DNA of 64,000 bases. Source: an uncultured delta proteobacterium. Lineage in GTDB: Bacteria > Desulfobacterota > Desulfomonilia > UBA1062. The stretch spans positions 32,001 through 96,000 of the forward strand of contig CAWCTR010000014.1 of NCBI GenBank assembly GCA_963798485.1, in the 5' to 3' direction. Below are positions 37,818 through 48,731 of the stretch, piece by piece. The position numbers and the translations under genes were made by a program. Under the pieces are notes generated by a model, which did no database searches, was not told where the DNA came from, and saw only the letters and a program-made list of their open reading frames with translations. Each line of letters opens with the position of its first letter. The stretch's first letter is position 1.

Positions 37818-39836
37818 CTAGACCCTGTCAAACCCATAGAACCTCATGCTGAAGCTCCCCCTTCCTCGTGTCAATGACCGCAGGGCGGTGGAATAGCCAA
37901 AGGTGTTCGACAAGGGAATATATGCCTTGATTTGGTGATATTTCCCCTTGATGACCACACCCTCTATGCTCGCCTTCCGGGCCGATAGATCTCCCACAAC
38001 ATCCCCCACATAGTCTTCAGGAGCTAATGCGTCAAGCTCCATAATGGGCTCAAGCTGGATCACACCGGATTTTTTCATGGCATCCTGCAGGGCCATTTGA
38101 GAGGCAATCTTCAGACCCTGGCCGGTGGTCTTGTCGGTAAGCACCACCTTATCCACGTGAACATCAATGTCCACCACCTCGTAACCGAACATGGGATCGG
38201 CCAGGCATGCCTCCGCAAGGCCGTTCATGAGATAATCTTTTAAACCGTTTTCAAGTGCCTGGTCCAGATGGAACGAATTTCCGATGCCTCTCTTGGCAGG
38301 TTTTATATTCAGCTCTACATGCCCGTAATGTGCGTTATCGCCGATGAGCTTATCGAATATCTTCTGGGCCTGTGAAGGTTTATCGATAGATGCACAATAC
38401 AGCACCTGGGGCTTGCCCACATTGATGTCCACCCCAAAAGCAGTCTTGAATCGATCAAGGGCGATCTCCAGGTGAAGCTCCCCCATGCCGGCAAGTATCA
38501 CCTGGCCGGTATCCGGGTCTTCATGAACCTTGATTGTCGGGTCTTCCTCCATGATCTTGCGCATGGCCTCAAAAAGACGCTCGGATGACTCCGAGGTCTT
38601 GGGTTCGATGGCAACCGATATAACGGGCTTCTGTACGTCAATGGTCTCAAGCACCAACGTTTCGCCCTGGATCATGATGGTGTCGCCTGTTACAGAGTCC
38701 TTCAGGCCTACGGCAGCAACAATGTCGCCTGCCGATGCCTGTTCGATACGCTGCTTCTGATGGGCATGCATGGAGAACAGGCGTGCGACCTTCTCGGATG
38801 TCTCCCGTGTGCTGTTGTATACATCATCACCTACATGGAGCGTTCCGGAATACAACCGTAAGTATACCATCCTCCTGCCTTCATCCATGTATACCTTGAA
38901 TACGTATGCAACAAGGGGCCCTTTCGGGTCCGGATGGATGAGGACCTCTTCAAGAGATTTTTTTGAATGGGCTACAACAGGCTTTACTTCCATCGGTGAA
39001 GGCAGGTAATCTATCACCGCATCGATCAGGGTCTGGATACCTTTGTTCTTCAGTGCGGAACCGCACAGTACAGGGACCAGTTTCTCGTCTATCGTGACCT
39101 TGCGTATGGCCTGCTTTATCTTTTTTTCATCCGGCTGTTCACCGGCAAGAAACTTTTCCATAATCTCGTCGTTAAAGTCAGAGAGCCTCTCCAGCATATT
39201 ATCACGGGCCAGCACAGCCTCTTGGACGATCTCTTCGGGTATGGGCGATGCCACGAAATTGGCCCCTAAGGTATCATCGTCCCAGACAAGCCTCTGCATG
39301 GTTATGAGGTCAATGACACCCTTGAAGGTATCCTGCTCATAGTAGGGGATCTGGATGGGAAGCGGCGTCACCTCCAAGCGTGTCCTGATCTGATCGAGCA
39401 CGGATTTGAAGTCGGCCCCCATGCGGTCCAGCTTATTGATGAAGGCCATGGCCGGGACATGGTATTTCCTGGCCTGCTGCCATACAGTCTCGGTCTGGGC
39501 CTCAACACCGCCGACAGCGCAGAGGATTACCACCGCCCCATCGAGCACCCGCAGCGACCGCTCGACCTCGATGGTAAAATCCACATGGCCGGGTGTGTCG
39601 ATGATGTGGATATCATGGTTGTTCCATTCACAGGTCGTGACGGCCGAGGTGATGGTGATGCCTCGCTCCTGCTCCTGAGGCATCCAGTCCATGGTGGCCT
39701 GGCCGTCGTGCACCTCGCCCATGCGGTGGATCTTGCCGGTGTAGTAGAGGACCCTTTCTGTTACCGTTGTCTTGCCCGCATCGATATGGGCGACGAAACC
39801 AATGTTCCTCACCCTTGAGAGATTTCTTGTTTTCAT
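37818..39836 (-). CDS. fusA: Elongation factor G (second copy, outside the str operon)
   Basis: AHIDAGKTT, QERGITI, DTPGHVDF, NKLD, GMGELHL, GYSTALRSLT. Confidence 0.93.
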   Translation of the reverse strand: MKTRNLSRVRNIGFVAHIDAGKTTVTERVLYYTGKIHRMGEVHDGQATMDWMPQEQERGITITSAVTTCEWNNHDIHIIDTPGHVDFTIEVERSLRVLDGAVVILCAVGGVEAQTETVWQQARKYHVPAMAFINKLDRMGADFKSVLDQIRTRLEVTPLPIQIPYYEQDTFKGVIDLITMQRLVWDDDTLGANFVASPIPEEIVQEAVLARDNMLERLSDFNDEIMEKFLAGEQPDEKKIKQAIRKVTIDEKLVPVLCGSALKNKGIQTLIDAVIDYLPSPMEVKPVVAHSKKSLEEVLIHPDPKGPLVAYVFKVYMDEGRRMVYLRLYSGTLHVGDDVYNSTRETSEKVARLFSMHAHQKQRIEQASAGDIVAAVGLKDSVTGDTIMIQGETLVLETIDVQKPVISVAIEPKTSESSERLFEAMRKIMEEDPTIKVHEDPDTGQVILAGMGELHLEIALDRFKTAFGVDINVGKPQVLYCASIDKPSQAQKIFDKLIGDNAHYGHVELNIKPAKRGIGNSFHLDQALENGLKDYLMNGLAEACLADPMFGYEVVDIDVHVDKVVLTDKTTGQGLKIASQMALQDAMKKSGVIQLEPIMELDALAPEDYVGDVVGDLSARKASIEGVVIKGKYHQIKAYIPLSNTFGYSTALRSLTRGRGSFSMRFYGFDRV

Positions 39837-39856
39837 CGGGCTACTCACACCCTCTA

Positions 39857-40654
39857 TTATACACAAAGATCTACATCATATACATATTTCATTTCACGTC
39901 CGAGAAAATGCTCACCAAGCTCAATGAACCTCGGTGATGAGTCTGAAAGGTAATAGCTTATGTCCGAGCTCCCTGAACAATCACCCTGAGGTCCTACAAT
40001 CCCCTTGACCTCCCGTGCCGTGGAGAGCGCAGAGTCCACTATGGTTACGCCTTTTCCCATAACCTTTGAAAGAATATTTTTAAGCAGGGGATAATGGGTG
40101 CATCCGAGCAGGAGTGTGTCCACCCTTGAATGAATAATGTCTTTCAGGTAACGCCTGGCCACCTGCTCGGTGATCTCATCTTCATACCAGCCCTCCTCGA
40201 CCAAAGGTACGAATAGGGGGCATGCCTGGGGAAAGATCTCAAGACCTTGTTTTAAGGACCTCAACGTTTCCTCGTATGCATGGCTCTTTATGGTTGACGA
40301 GGTGCCGATGACACCGATCCTGCTTACAGCGCATTCCACGGCAGCCCTGGCTCCCGCCTCCACCACCCCGATGACCGGGAAGTGAAACTCGTCCTTCAGG
40401 GCGGTTATGGCATGGGCGCTTGCCGTATTACAAGCAATCACCAACATGTCGATATCCATGGAGGCAAGAAAGCGCGCGCACTGAAGGCTGTAGCGGATAA
40501 TGGTCCTGGACGACTTGGTGCCATAGGGCAGCCTCGCCGAGTCCCCGAGATAAACCATGTCCACACCGGGAACCAGCTCAAGAAGACACTTGAGGACCGT
40601 AAGCCCCCCTATTCCCGAATCGAACACTCCGATACGTGAGATCTTTTTATCCAT
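39857..40654 (-). CDS. murI: Glutamate racemase
   Basis: FDSGIGGL, PYGTK, ACNTA, LGCTHYP. Confidence 0.96.
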   Translation of the reverse strand: MDKKISRIGVFDSGIGGLTVLKCLLELVPGVDMVYLGDSARLPYGTKSSRTIIRYSLQCARFLASMDIDMLVIACNTASAHAITALKDEFHFPVIGVVEAGARAAVECAVSRIGVIGTSSTIKSHAYEETLRSLKQGLEIFPQACPLFVPLVEEGWYEDEITEQVARRYLKDIIHSRVDTLLLGCTHYPLLKNILSKVMGKGVTIVDSALSTAREVKGIVGPQGDCSGSSDISYYLSDSSPRFIELGEHFLGREMKYVYDVDLCV

Positions 40655-40873
40655 ACGGAATCAGCTTTCGCGCAGTTTAGCGTTAGAAAATTGGTTATCT
40701 GTCTAGTGCTTTTGCAAAGTACTGTCAAGAAAAGTCGATAAGCTTTTCGGGGACACAATACTCAGTGTTACACAAAATAATTGACTTTTTTGCTAATATC
40801 ATATGGTATTAAGTATCTATTTTCTTTGTTGGACATTGTAAGAGATGTGATGAATGAGGAGGATGTATTCTCT

Positions 40874-41962
40874 ATGAAAACTATTCGCATCATACATGCC
40901 GCCGCGTCATTAATCCTTTCCCTTTTTCTCCTCTATCCATCCGGGGCATATGCCGAGCTCAAACCTGGTACCATTAATATTACCCCATCTCTGGGCGGTT
41001 ACGATGTGGGCGGCGGTCTGCACTATGCCAGCGGAATGGACTGGGGTATAGGGGCCGGCTTGAACTTCTCTGAAGAACTTGGGAGTGAATTCAACTTTAA
41101 CTCAATTGAATCAAGAAGCGGCGGAGACAGCGGTAGGATCCTGCTTTATAGGTTCGACCTCCTCCTTCACCTGAAGGGCCTCCTTTCGGACAACACAGTT
41201 CCCTATGTTTCCCTCGGCCCCGGGTTAACCTCATATAAAAACAACGGCCTCGGCAACCAGAAGGGATATGACTTCATACTCGACCCCGGGTTCGGTCTGA
41301 AGCACTACCTCTTAAAGAACTTGGCCTTGAGGGGTGATGCGCGGTATATTATGGATTTCACGGGAAAGAATCTTCATCACAATCTGCTCTATAATGCCGG
41401 CCTCACCTTTGAATTCGGCCTGGATGACGAAAAACCCGCAGCCCCTGCGCCTGTTGAACCTGTTGCGGAAGAGATATGCCCTCCCGGACCTGACGGTTGT
41501 GTAGAAAAAGATTGGTGCAAGAAAGACAGCGATGGGGACGGGGTTCCTGACTGTCTTGACAAATGTCCGGATACTCCCAAAGGGATCAAGGTAGATGCCA
41601 ATGGCTGTCCGCCTGCTGCTGAGCAGGGCGTAATCATCTTCAGGAACATACTCTTCGACTTTGACAAGTCGAACATCAAACCGGAATCTTTTGCTGTCCT
41701 GGATGAGGTTGTTGAATATCTGGCGACAAACAAGGGTCTTAAGATGGAAATTCAGGGCCACACGGATAACAAAGGCACGGATGAATACAATATGAAACTA
41801 TCCTATAAACGCTCAGACTCAGTGAGAAACTATATCGTGGGCAAAGGGATCGCCCCGGAACGATTGAAGGTAAGCGGTTTCGGCTTTAGCAAGCCTGTTG
41901 CACCCAATGACACCGAAGAGAACAGGACCAGGAACAGGAGGGTGGAGTTCAAGCCCATCTAA
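40874..41962 (+). CDS. OmpA-family outer-membrane protein (beta-barrel, TSP3 repeats, OmpA-C)
   Basis: Signal peptide, DSDGDGVPDCLDKCP, FDFDKS, GHTD, NRRVE. Confidence 0.92.
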   Translation: MKTIRIIHAAASLILSLFLLYPSGAYAELKPGTINITPSLGGYDVGGGLHYASGMDWGIGAGLNFSEELGSEFNFNSIESRSGGDSGRILLYRFDLLLHLKGLLSDNTVPYVSLGPGLTSYKNNGLGNQKGYDFILDPGFGLKHYLLKNLALRGDARYIMDFTGKNLHHNLLYNAGLTFEFGLDDEKPAAPAPVEPVAEEICPPGPDGCVEKDWCKKDSDGDGVPDCLDKCPDTPKGIKVDANGCPPAAEQGVIIFRNILFDFDKSNIKPESFAVLDEVVEYLATNKGLKMEIQGHTDNKGTDEYNMKLSYKRSDSVRNYIVGKGIAPERLKVSGFGFSKPVAPNDTEENRTRNRRVEFKPI

Positions 41963-41981
41963 AGTAACAGTTACCCTATCT

Positions 41982-42013
41982 AAAGAGAGCGGGTGAATAA
42001 GCCTGCTCTCTTT
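41982..42013 (+). terminator. Rho-independent terminator
   Basis: aaagagagcggg / cctgctctcttt followed by a T-rich run. Confidence 0.75.
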
Positions 42014-42094
42014 CTTTTAGTTTTTTTATAGTGGCGATACAAACGATCCTTGAGGTATAAGTCTCATAATTCTTTATTAGTGTCCGGAGGGACT

Positions 42095-43348
42095 ATGGAA
42101 CACCGTATAGGGGTAATCGGACTTGGGTATGTGGGTCTGCCCCTAGCTGTTGAGTTCGGTAAAAAATACTCAACTGTGGGTTTTGATATTAATGAGACGA
42201 GGATATCCGAGCTCAAGGCATTCTCAGACAAGACCCTCGAAGTAACCAGCAACGAACTGCAGGCCTCAAACCTTTTGAACTTCACCACAAAATCTGAAGA
42301 CCTCAGGCCCTGTACGGTTTTTATCGTAACCGTGCCCACCCCCATTGACGTATCCAACAGGCCCGACATCTCCTTGCTGCTCAAGGCGAGCGAGACCGTG
42401 GGCAAGGTCATAAAGAAAGGCGACATCGTTGTCTATGAATCCACGGTCTATCCGGGCGCCACGGAAGACGACTGCGTGCCGGTCATTGAAAAGACATCAG
42501 GGCTGGTATTCAACCGCGACTTCTTCTGCGGATACAGCCCTGAGCGCATTAACCCGGGCGACAAGGCGCATCGTCTTACAAACATAACGAAGGTCACATC
42601 AGGGTCCACCCTTGAAGTCGCCAAGATTGTCGATGAACTCTATCGATCCATTATTACGGCAGGCACCCACCTCGCCCCATCCATCAAGGTGGCTGAGGCG
42701 GCCAAGGTCATTGAGAACGCCCAGCGAGACATCAATATCGCCTTTGTCAACGAACTGGCAATGATCTTCGCCCGAATGGACATCAAGACCGCTGACGTGC
42801 TCAAGGCGGCAGGGACAAAATGGAACTTTCTGCCGTTCTCTCCGGGACTGGTGGGAGGGCACTGTATAGGCGTAGATCCCTATTACCTGACCCATAAAGC
42901 CGAGAGCCTCGGGTACATACCCCAGGTGATCCTGGCCGGCCGCAGGATCAATGACGGTATGGGCAGGTATGTGGCCACCCAGCTCATCAAGATGATGATT
43001 AAGAAATGCCATCGCATCACAGACACGAAGATCCTGGTGCTCGGCATTACCTTCAAGGAGAATTGCCCTGACATCAGAAATTCAAGGGTCATTGATGTTA
43101 TCAGCCAGCTCAAGGACTTTGACTGTACGGTGGAAATATTCGATCCCGTGGCGGATCCTCATGAGGTAAGACACGAGTACGGCATCGATATCATATCCCG
43201 GCAAGACCAACTCACTTCATATGAGGGCATCATGGTGGCTGTGGCCCATGATGAATTCAAAACCCTTGACCTTGATAAGCTCAAGGCCAGGAACTGTGTG
43301 GTGTACGATGTGAAAAACATCTGCCCCAATGCAGAGGCAACGTTATAA
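42095..43348 (+). CDS. UDP-N-acetylhexosamine 6-dehydrogenase (TviB/WbpO-like)
   Basis: [42 protein letters not shown]. Confidence 0.92.
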   Translation: MEHRIGVIGLGYVGLPLAVEFGKKYSTVGFDINETRISELKAFSDKTLEVTSNELQASNLLNFTTKSEDLRPCTVFIVTVPTPIDVSNRPDISLLLKASETVGKVIKKGDIVVYESTVYPGATEDDCVPVIEKTSGLVFNRDFFCGYSPERINPGDKAHRLTNITKVTSGSTLEVAKIVDELYRSIITAGTHLAPSIKVAEAAKVIENAQRDINIAFVNELAMIFARMDIKTADVLKAAGTKWNFLPFSPGLVGGHCIGVDPYYLTHKAESLGYIPQVILAGRRINDGMGRYVATQLIKMMIKKCHRITDTKILVLGITFKENCPDIRNSRVIDVISQLKDFDCTVEIFDPVADPHEVRHEYGIDIISRQDQLTSYEGIMVAVAHDEFKTLDLDKLKARNCVVYDVKNICPNAEATL

Positions 43349-43387
43349 AGCTCATAAAAACACAATCGAGGAGGAACGTATTACGCT

Positions 43388-43855
43388 ATGAACAATATCT
43401 GGGCGCCATGGAGGATTGAATATATAACTTCACCAAAGGACCTCTCGTGCGTCTTCTGCACTGCCCCTGAGGCAAAAGACAAGCTCATTCTTACTTCAGG
43501 CAGGCTCTGCTTTGCCATCATGAACCGCTTCCCGTATACCGCAGGTCACTGTATAGTCGCCCCCTACAGGCATGTTGCGGATCTTACCGAACTGGGCACT
43601 GAAGGGCTTTGCGAGATCATGACAATGACACAGTCGATCCTTACCGCAATGAAGTCTGCCTTGAAGCCCGAAGGGTTCAATGTCGGGTTCAACCTGGGCG
43701 ACGTCGCCGGCGCCGGGATTGCAGACCACCTGCACATGCACATCGTGCCCCGTTGGAAGGGTGACACCAACTTCATGCCGGTCCTGGGTGACACGCATAT
43801 AATCTCAGAACACATCGACAACACCCGGGACAAAATTATGAGGAACCTCCCTTGA
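43388..43855 (+). CDS. HIT-family hydrolase
   Basis: WAPWR, CVFC, HLHMHIVPRW. Confidence 0.93.
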   Translation: MNNIWAPWRIEYITSPKDLSCVFCTAPEAKDKLILTSGRLCFAIMNRFPYTAGHCIVAPYRHVADLTELGTEGLCEIMTMTQSILTAMKSALKPEGFNVGFNLGDVAGAGIADHLHMHIVPRWKGDTNFMPVLGDTHIISEHIDNTRDKIMRNLP

Positions 43856-44181
43856 GATACCTTAAGGCAGCCATCTTTTTTATCCTTGCAGTTGCCGGTA
43901 TCCTTTTTGGTATATCCAACCAGGATAGCGCCACGGTACATGTCTTCTGGTACTACTCAAGATCCTACCCCTTGTATCTCGTCCTCTTTGCCTGTTTCCT
44001 TGCAGGGACCATAACAGCAATCCTCTATGCTTTCATGTCGGGAGGCGACCTGAAAAATGAGGAGCGCCGCCTGAACAAGCGTCTGGAGGATCTCAATGGC
44101 AGGATTGTTCAGGCCCAGGCCGCAAGAAGATCCCTCACCCCGCCGGGGGGTACTGATGGACCATCCGGAACCACCCCATAA
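43852..44181 (+). CDS. LapA-family small membrane protein
   Basis: Two TM segments with F..SN and PL..VLF, then a coiled-coil tail. Confidence 0.7.
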   Translation: MRYLKAAIFFILAVAGILFGISNQDSATVHVFWYYSRSYPLYLVLFACFLAGTITAILYAFMSGGDLKNEERRLNKRLEDLNGRIVQAQAARRSLTPPGGTDGPSGTTP

Positions 44182-45073
44182 CCCGCTACCCCGGCTGCCC
44201 GGGTGGCTGAAAAAAAACAGAGACCTCTCTACGCTGCACCACCTGAAGGCAAAATTCCGGCACTCCGGGCTCTCCACGGTGTGTGAAGAGGCAAGGTGCC
44301 CCAATATCTGTGAATGTTTCCATGAACCCACTGCAACATTCCTCATCCTCGGGGATGTGTGCACCCGTTGTTGTTCCTTCTGTTCGATTCGCAAGGGAAC
44401 CCCGGCTCCCGTAGACCGCAATGAACCTTTCCTTGTCGCACAGACTGCAGAAGAAATGGGGTTGGGACATGTAGTCATCACCTCGGTCACTCGAGATGAC
44501 TTGCCGGACAAGGGCGCTTACGGATTTACTTCGACTATCCGGGCCATCAGGGATCTCATACCTGCATGCGCTATTGAAATACTCTCCCCTGACTTTTCCG
44601 GCAGGCAGGACCTGCTGGAGATCGTTCTGGGCGAGAAACCCGATGTGTTCGGCCATAATGTTGAGATGCCGGAGAGGCTCTATCCTTCAATCAGGCCATG
44701 CTCAAGCCTGACAAGGAGCCTTGATGTGCTCAGGGTTATCAAAAAAATCTCTCCGGAGACAATAGTCAAATCTGGGTTCATGGTAGGACTCGGCGAGTCT
44801 GAATCGGAGATAAAGGATCTTCTGGGGTCTCTAGCTGATGCCCGGTGTGATGTGGTGACCATCGGCCAGTACCTGAGACCCACCAGGTTACAGATACCGG
44901 TCGCTCGCTACTGGGAACCTGATTTTTTTACAAGCTGGTCCAATCTTGCGAAATCACTTGGTATAGGCTATTGTATTGCAGGACCGTTTGTGAGGAGCTC
45001 CTACCGCGCCAAGGAGGTCCTTAAAGATATACGATATTCACAGCACAATATGTGTAAGGATAAGAGTGAGTAA
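44156..45073 (+). CDS. lipA: Lipoyl synthase
   Basis: CEEARCPNICEC, CTRCCSFC, TSVTRDDL, GQYLRP, PFVRSSY. Confidence 0.95.
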   Translation: MDHPEPPHNPLPRLPGWLKKNRDLSTLHHLKAKFRHSGLSTVCEEARCPNICECFHEPTATFLILGDVCTRCCSFCSIRKGTPAPVDRNEPFLVAQTAEEMGLGHVVITSVTRDDLPDKGAYGFTSTIRAIRDLIPACAIEILSPDFSGRQDLLEIVLGEKPDVFGHNVEMPERLYPSIRPCSSLTRSLDVLRVIKKISPETIVKSGFMVGLGESESEIKDLLGSLADARCDVVTIGQYLRPTRLQIPVARYWEPDFFTSWSNLAKSLGIGYCIAGPFVRSSYRAKEVLKDIRYSQHNMCKDKSE

Positions 45074-45083
45074 AGGAGAACAC

Positions 45084-46409
45084 ATGGATACGATTCAGAT
45101 CGGGCTCATCGGCTTAGGCACCATCGGAACCGGGGTCGCCAAGACTTTGCTGGAGAACAAGGCGCTTCTGGAGGACCGGCTCGGTTTCTCTTTAACCCTG
45201 AAAGGGATTGCCGACATCGATATAACCAAAGACCGTGGTATCAGCATCCCTACAGGGCTGCTCACCACAGATGCCAATAAGCTCATCGATGACCCTGAGA
45301 TCGACATCATTATCGAGCTCATCGGTGGGATTGAGACTGCAAAGACCTTCATACTGAAAGCCCTGAAGAGGGGAAAGCATGTAGTGACCGCCAACAAGGC
45401 GCTTCTTGCATCCCATGGCAAAGAACTGTTCGACGCCGCCCAGACATATGGGAAAGACCTCTACTATGAGGCCGCAGTAGGCGGAGGAATACCCATCATC
45501 AAAACCCTGCGTGAGGCCTTTATCGCAAACAACTACACCTTTATTTACGGGATATTAAACGGTACTTGCAACTACATCCTCACCGAGATGGGTGAGAAAG
45601 GCTCATCCTTCCAGAAGGCATTGGCCCAGGCCTCAAAGCTTGGTTATGCAGAGGCCGACCCTACCTTGGATATAGAAGGCATCGATGCAGCACATAAGCT
45701 CGCACTGGTAACCAGCCTCGCCTATGGCGTACCGCCTGACATGCATGGTGTATATGTTGAGGGGATAAGCAACCTTGACAAACTCGATGTAACCTTTGCC
45801 CGGGACCTGGGCTATAAGGTAAAGCTGCTGGCCTTGGCCATTGACAGGGGCGACAAGGTTGAGGCCCGTGTACATCCGACGCTTGTTCCCCTGAATTACC
45901 TTTTGTCCAAGGTCGACGGCGTATTCAACGCCTTTTATGTGCGGGGAGACATTGTAGACTCCACCCTCTTTTACGGTAGGGGAGCAGGGATGATGCCCAC
46001 AGCCTCGGCCGTAGTGAGCGACCTTGCAGATATCGGGAGAAATATTCGTGCAGGCATCGCAGGCCGGATCCCCCACCTGGGATATCGCAAGGACATTTCG
46101 AATCCTAAAAAGTACATGCCCATCGACGACATCCAAACAAATTATTACCTGAGGATAAATGCCTCGGACAAACCGGGCGTGCTGGCAAAGATAGCGGGCA
46201 TCTTGGGAGAGCGTGACATCAGCATTGTCTCTGTAATCCAGAAGGCGGGTGAAGATAAGGATTTCACACCCGTTGTCTTGCTGACGCACGAGGCAAAGGA
46301 ATCGAATGTAAGGAAGGCCATTATAACTATATCCGCCCTTAAAGAGGTAAAAGGGACCCCTGTGGTGATCCGTGTAGAGGACAGGAAGCTGAAGAACAGA
46401 CCTGCATAA
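45084..46409 (+). CDS. hom: Homoserine dehydrogenase with ACT domain
   Basis: GLGTIG, VVTANK, EAAVGGGIP, GILNGTCNYIL, EADPT.D, ACT DKPGVL. Confidence 0.96.
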   Translation: MDTIQIGLIGLGTIGTGVAKTLLENKALLEDRLGFSLTLKGIADIDITKDRGISIPTGLLTTDANKLIDDPEIDIIIELIGGIETAKTFILKALKRGKHVVTANKALLASHGKELFDAAQTYGKDLYYEAAVGGGIPIIKTLREAFIANNYTFIYGILNGTCNYILTEMGEKGSSFQKALAQASKLGYAEADPTLDIEGIDAAHKLALVTSLAYGVPPDMHGVYVEGISNLDKLDVTFARDLGYKVKLLALAIDRGDKVEARVHPTLVPLNYLLSKVDGVFNAFYVRGDIVDSTLFYGRGAGMMPTASAVVSDLADIGRNIRAGIAGRIPHLGYRKDISNPKKYMPIDDIQTNYYLRINASDKPGVLAKIAGILGERDISIVSVIQKAGEDKDFTPVVLLTHEAKESNVRKAIITISALKEVKGTPVVIRVEDRKLKNRPA

Positions 46410-46486
46410 TGAGTACCCTCTAAGCATTTCAACATAACTAGTGGTACTATTTTTAATGGTAACTGCACAAAAGGAGACTGAAAGAC

Positions 46487-47689
46487 TTGAAATACATTAT
46501 CCTGCTCGGCGATGGAATGGCTGATGAGCCTTTGGCAGAGCTTGACGCCAGGACCCCGCTTGAAGTCGCCCAAACACCCTACATGGACTCCCTTGCCTCC
46601 CAGGGAGAATTGGGCTTGGTATGCACCGTAAAAAAGGGTTTCCCTCCGGGTAGTGATGTGGCGAACATGACAGTGCTGGGTCTGGATCCGTCCCAATACT
46701 ACACAGGCCGGGCTCCTATCGAGGCCGTGAGTATGGGCGTTGATCTTGCCCCTACAGATACAGCCTTCAGAATCAATCTCGTAACGATCACGCCAAAAGA
46801 TGGCCACCTGATTATGGAGGACTACTGTTCGGACCACATAACCACCGATGAGGCCCGTGAACTCATCGTGAATCTCTCCGGAATCGCGGCCGACAATCCT
46901 GCAATAGCCATGTATCCGGGCATCGAGTACCGGCACCTCATGGTCATTCACGGTTATCACATGCCCGACTTGAGGACTACGCCGCCTCATGATATCACCG
47001 GTGAGCGTATAGATCGGTTTCTCCCCAATGATCCTATGCTGGTCGATATCATCAAAAAATCCATGGTATTTCTGAAAGACCAGCCCATTAATGCAAAAAG
47101 AAAGAAAATGGGTAAACGTCAGGCCACATCACTGTGGCCCTGGGGTGAAGGAAAGGCCATGCAGGTCCCTACCCTCCAGAAAGAATACACCATATCCGGG
47201 GCCATGATCTCTGCTGTGGATCTTCTCAAAGGGCTTGGGAGGCTCAGGGGCATGGAGGTGATCAACGTGCCTGGCGCCACAGGCTGGATCGACACCAACT
47301 ACCTTGGCAAGGCTGAGGCTGCCATAGATGCGCTGAATCGCCATGATTTCGTTTATGTCCATGTAGAGGCCCCGGACGAAGCCGGACACGGGGGACATTT
47401 AAAAGAGAAGATTAAGGCCATCGAGGATTTTGATTCCAAGATCGTTGGGCACATACTTGACAGACTGAATACGGGCAACTCTTCCTTCAGGCTCCTGGTC
47501 CTTCCTGACCACCCAACCCCCATATGCAAGAAAACCCATACATCCGACCCGGTGCCTTATGTGCTCTATGACAGTACCCATGGAACAAATACAAAGCGTT
47601 GTTTCACAGAGAATACTGCCGGCAGCACCGGTGTCTTTATAGAGGAAGGTCATACCTTGCTGAAGAGGCTCTTGAAATCCTTTCAATGA
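46487..47689 (+). CDS. apgM: Cofactor-independent phosphoglycerate mutase family protein (ApgM; proposed homoserine kinase type)
   Basis: GDGMAD, PGSDVAN, HVEAPDEAGH, PDHPTP. Confidence 0.88.
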   Translation: MKYIILLGDGMADEPLAELDARTPLEVAQTPYMDSLASQGELGLVCTVKKGFPPGSDVANMTVLGLDPSQYYTGRAPIEAVSMGVDLAPTDTAFRINLVTITPKDGHLIMEDYCSDHITTDEARELIVNLSGIAADNPAIAMYPGIEYRHLMVIHGYHMPDLRTTPPHDITGERIDRFLPNDPMLVDIIKKSMVFLKDQPINAKRKKMGKRQATSLWPWGEGKAMQVPTLQKEYTISGAMISAVDLLKGLGRLRGMEVINVPGATGWIDTNYLGKAEAAIDALNRHDFVYVHVEAPDEAGHGGHLKEKIKAIEDFDSKIVGHILDRLNTGNSSFRLLVLPDHPTPICKKTHTSDPVPYVLYDSTHGTNTKRCFTENTAGSTGVFIEEGHTLLKRLLKSFQ

Positions 47690-47742
47690 CCCTGCTTATT
47701 TTCCGGAGTTTTTGCGTAGAAAGGAATGTTCAGATCGCTTCA

Positions 47743-48642
47743 CTAATTCCTTTTAAATGCCGTCATAAAGCTGCCCTGTCTCTCGATCTCAATATCGAGC
47801 TGGGACATAAGTGATACGATGTCTTCAGTAGAAAAGTGATGCCTGCGTTCCTGTATTATCGGCAAAATATCCCGGTCAACAGTAATGAAGTGTCTGTCCT
47901 TCAATGGCGTTATCCCCTTGGCGGTGCACAAAACGTCAGCCAGATGCACACATATGGTGAAGATGGGATCGACATCTGACAGCACCGGGGTATGATGATG
48001 AGCAACCGTATTCACTACATCAGGAGGAAACATCCATGAATTGAGTAAAATTTGCCCGACTTCTGCATGGGTAATTCCGAAAATTCTCTTCTCAACTGCA
48101 TGATAGCTATAATTGTTGCCATCTTCCTCAATGGCATCAAGAAGCCTGCTAAAGGTATCGGCCATATACTGAGATATGAATATTTTTCCCACATCATGGA
48201 GAAGCCCTCCAACAAAGTACTTACCATCTATCTTCAGATTCAGGTACTGGGCGATCATCCTGGTGCCGACTCCAACAGAAAAGCTGTGCCTCCACAACTG
48301 TTCCGAAAACTCAGACCCTTTCCTGTTAAACATCTGGAGCACAGACATGCCCAGGGCAATATTCTGGATCTCTTTGAATCCGAGGACAACGACAGCATGA
48401 GATATAGTGGAGATCTTCTTCACAAACCCATAGTATGCCGAATTCGCCACGGTAAGAATCCTTGCCGTAAGGGCGGGATCGCTCTCGATGATATTGGTAA
48501 GGTCTGAAGCGGATGAGTTTTTCCTGGAGATCACATCCATGATCTCATTGATAATGCTGGGCAGGGTGAGAATGTCCGGGGCCCTGTCCAGAATCTCCAT
48601 GATGCGTTCCCGTTCAGTGTCGGGATTAATGTTCCCTTCCAC
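47743..48642 (-). CDS. HDOD-domain protein
   Basis: DPALTARIL.VANSAYYG, LWRHS, GLLHDVGK, HAEVG..W.FP, HH. Confidence 0.9.
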   Translation of the reverse strand: MEGNINPDTERERIMEILDRAPDILTLPSIINEIMDVISRKNSSASDLTNIIESDPALTARILTVANSAYYGFVKKISTISHAVVVLGFKEIQNIALGMSVLQMFNRKGSEFSEQLWRHSFSVGVGTRMIAQYLNLKIDGKYFVGGLLHDVGKIFISQYMADTFSRLLDAIEEDGNNYSYHAVEKRIFGITHAEVGQILLNSWMFPPDVVNTVAHHHTPVLSDVDPIFTICVHLADVLCTAKGITPLKDRHFITVDRDILPIIQERRHHFSTEDIVSLMSQLDIEIERQGSFMTAFKRN

Positions 48643-48698
48643 ATTAAATCAGTCGGTAAAATGGGTATGTTTCTTAATTGTTACTCGTTAATTATCCT

Positions 48699-48726
48699 TA
48701 AAGAGCCGTTTCTCATATCCCGATAA
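48699..48726 (+). promoter_or_regulatory. Candidate sigma28 (FliA) promoter
   Basis: TAAA-N16-CCCGATAA just upstream of the plus-strand HDOD gene. Confidence 0.45.
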
Positions 48727-48731
48727 GATCT

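Noticed and set aside
40747-40765. TCGGGGACACAATACTCAG motif resembling ends of small repeat elements
   Set aside because: Single copy in the window with no partner or transposase; cannot be supported.
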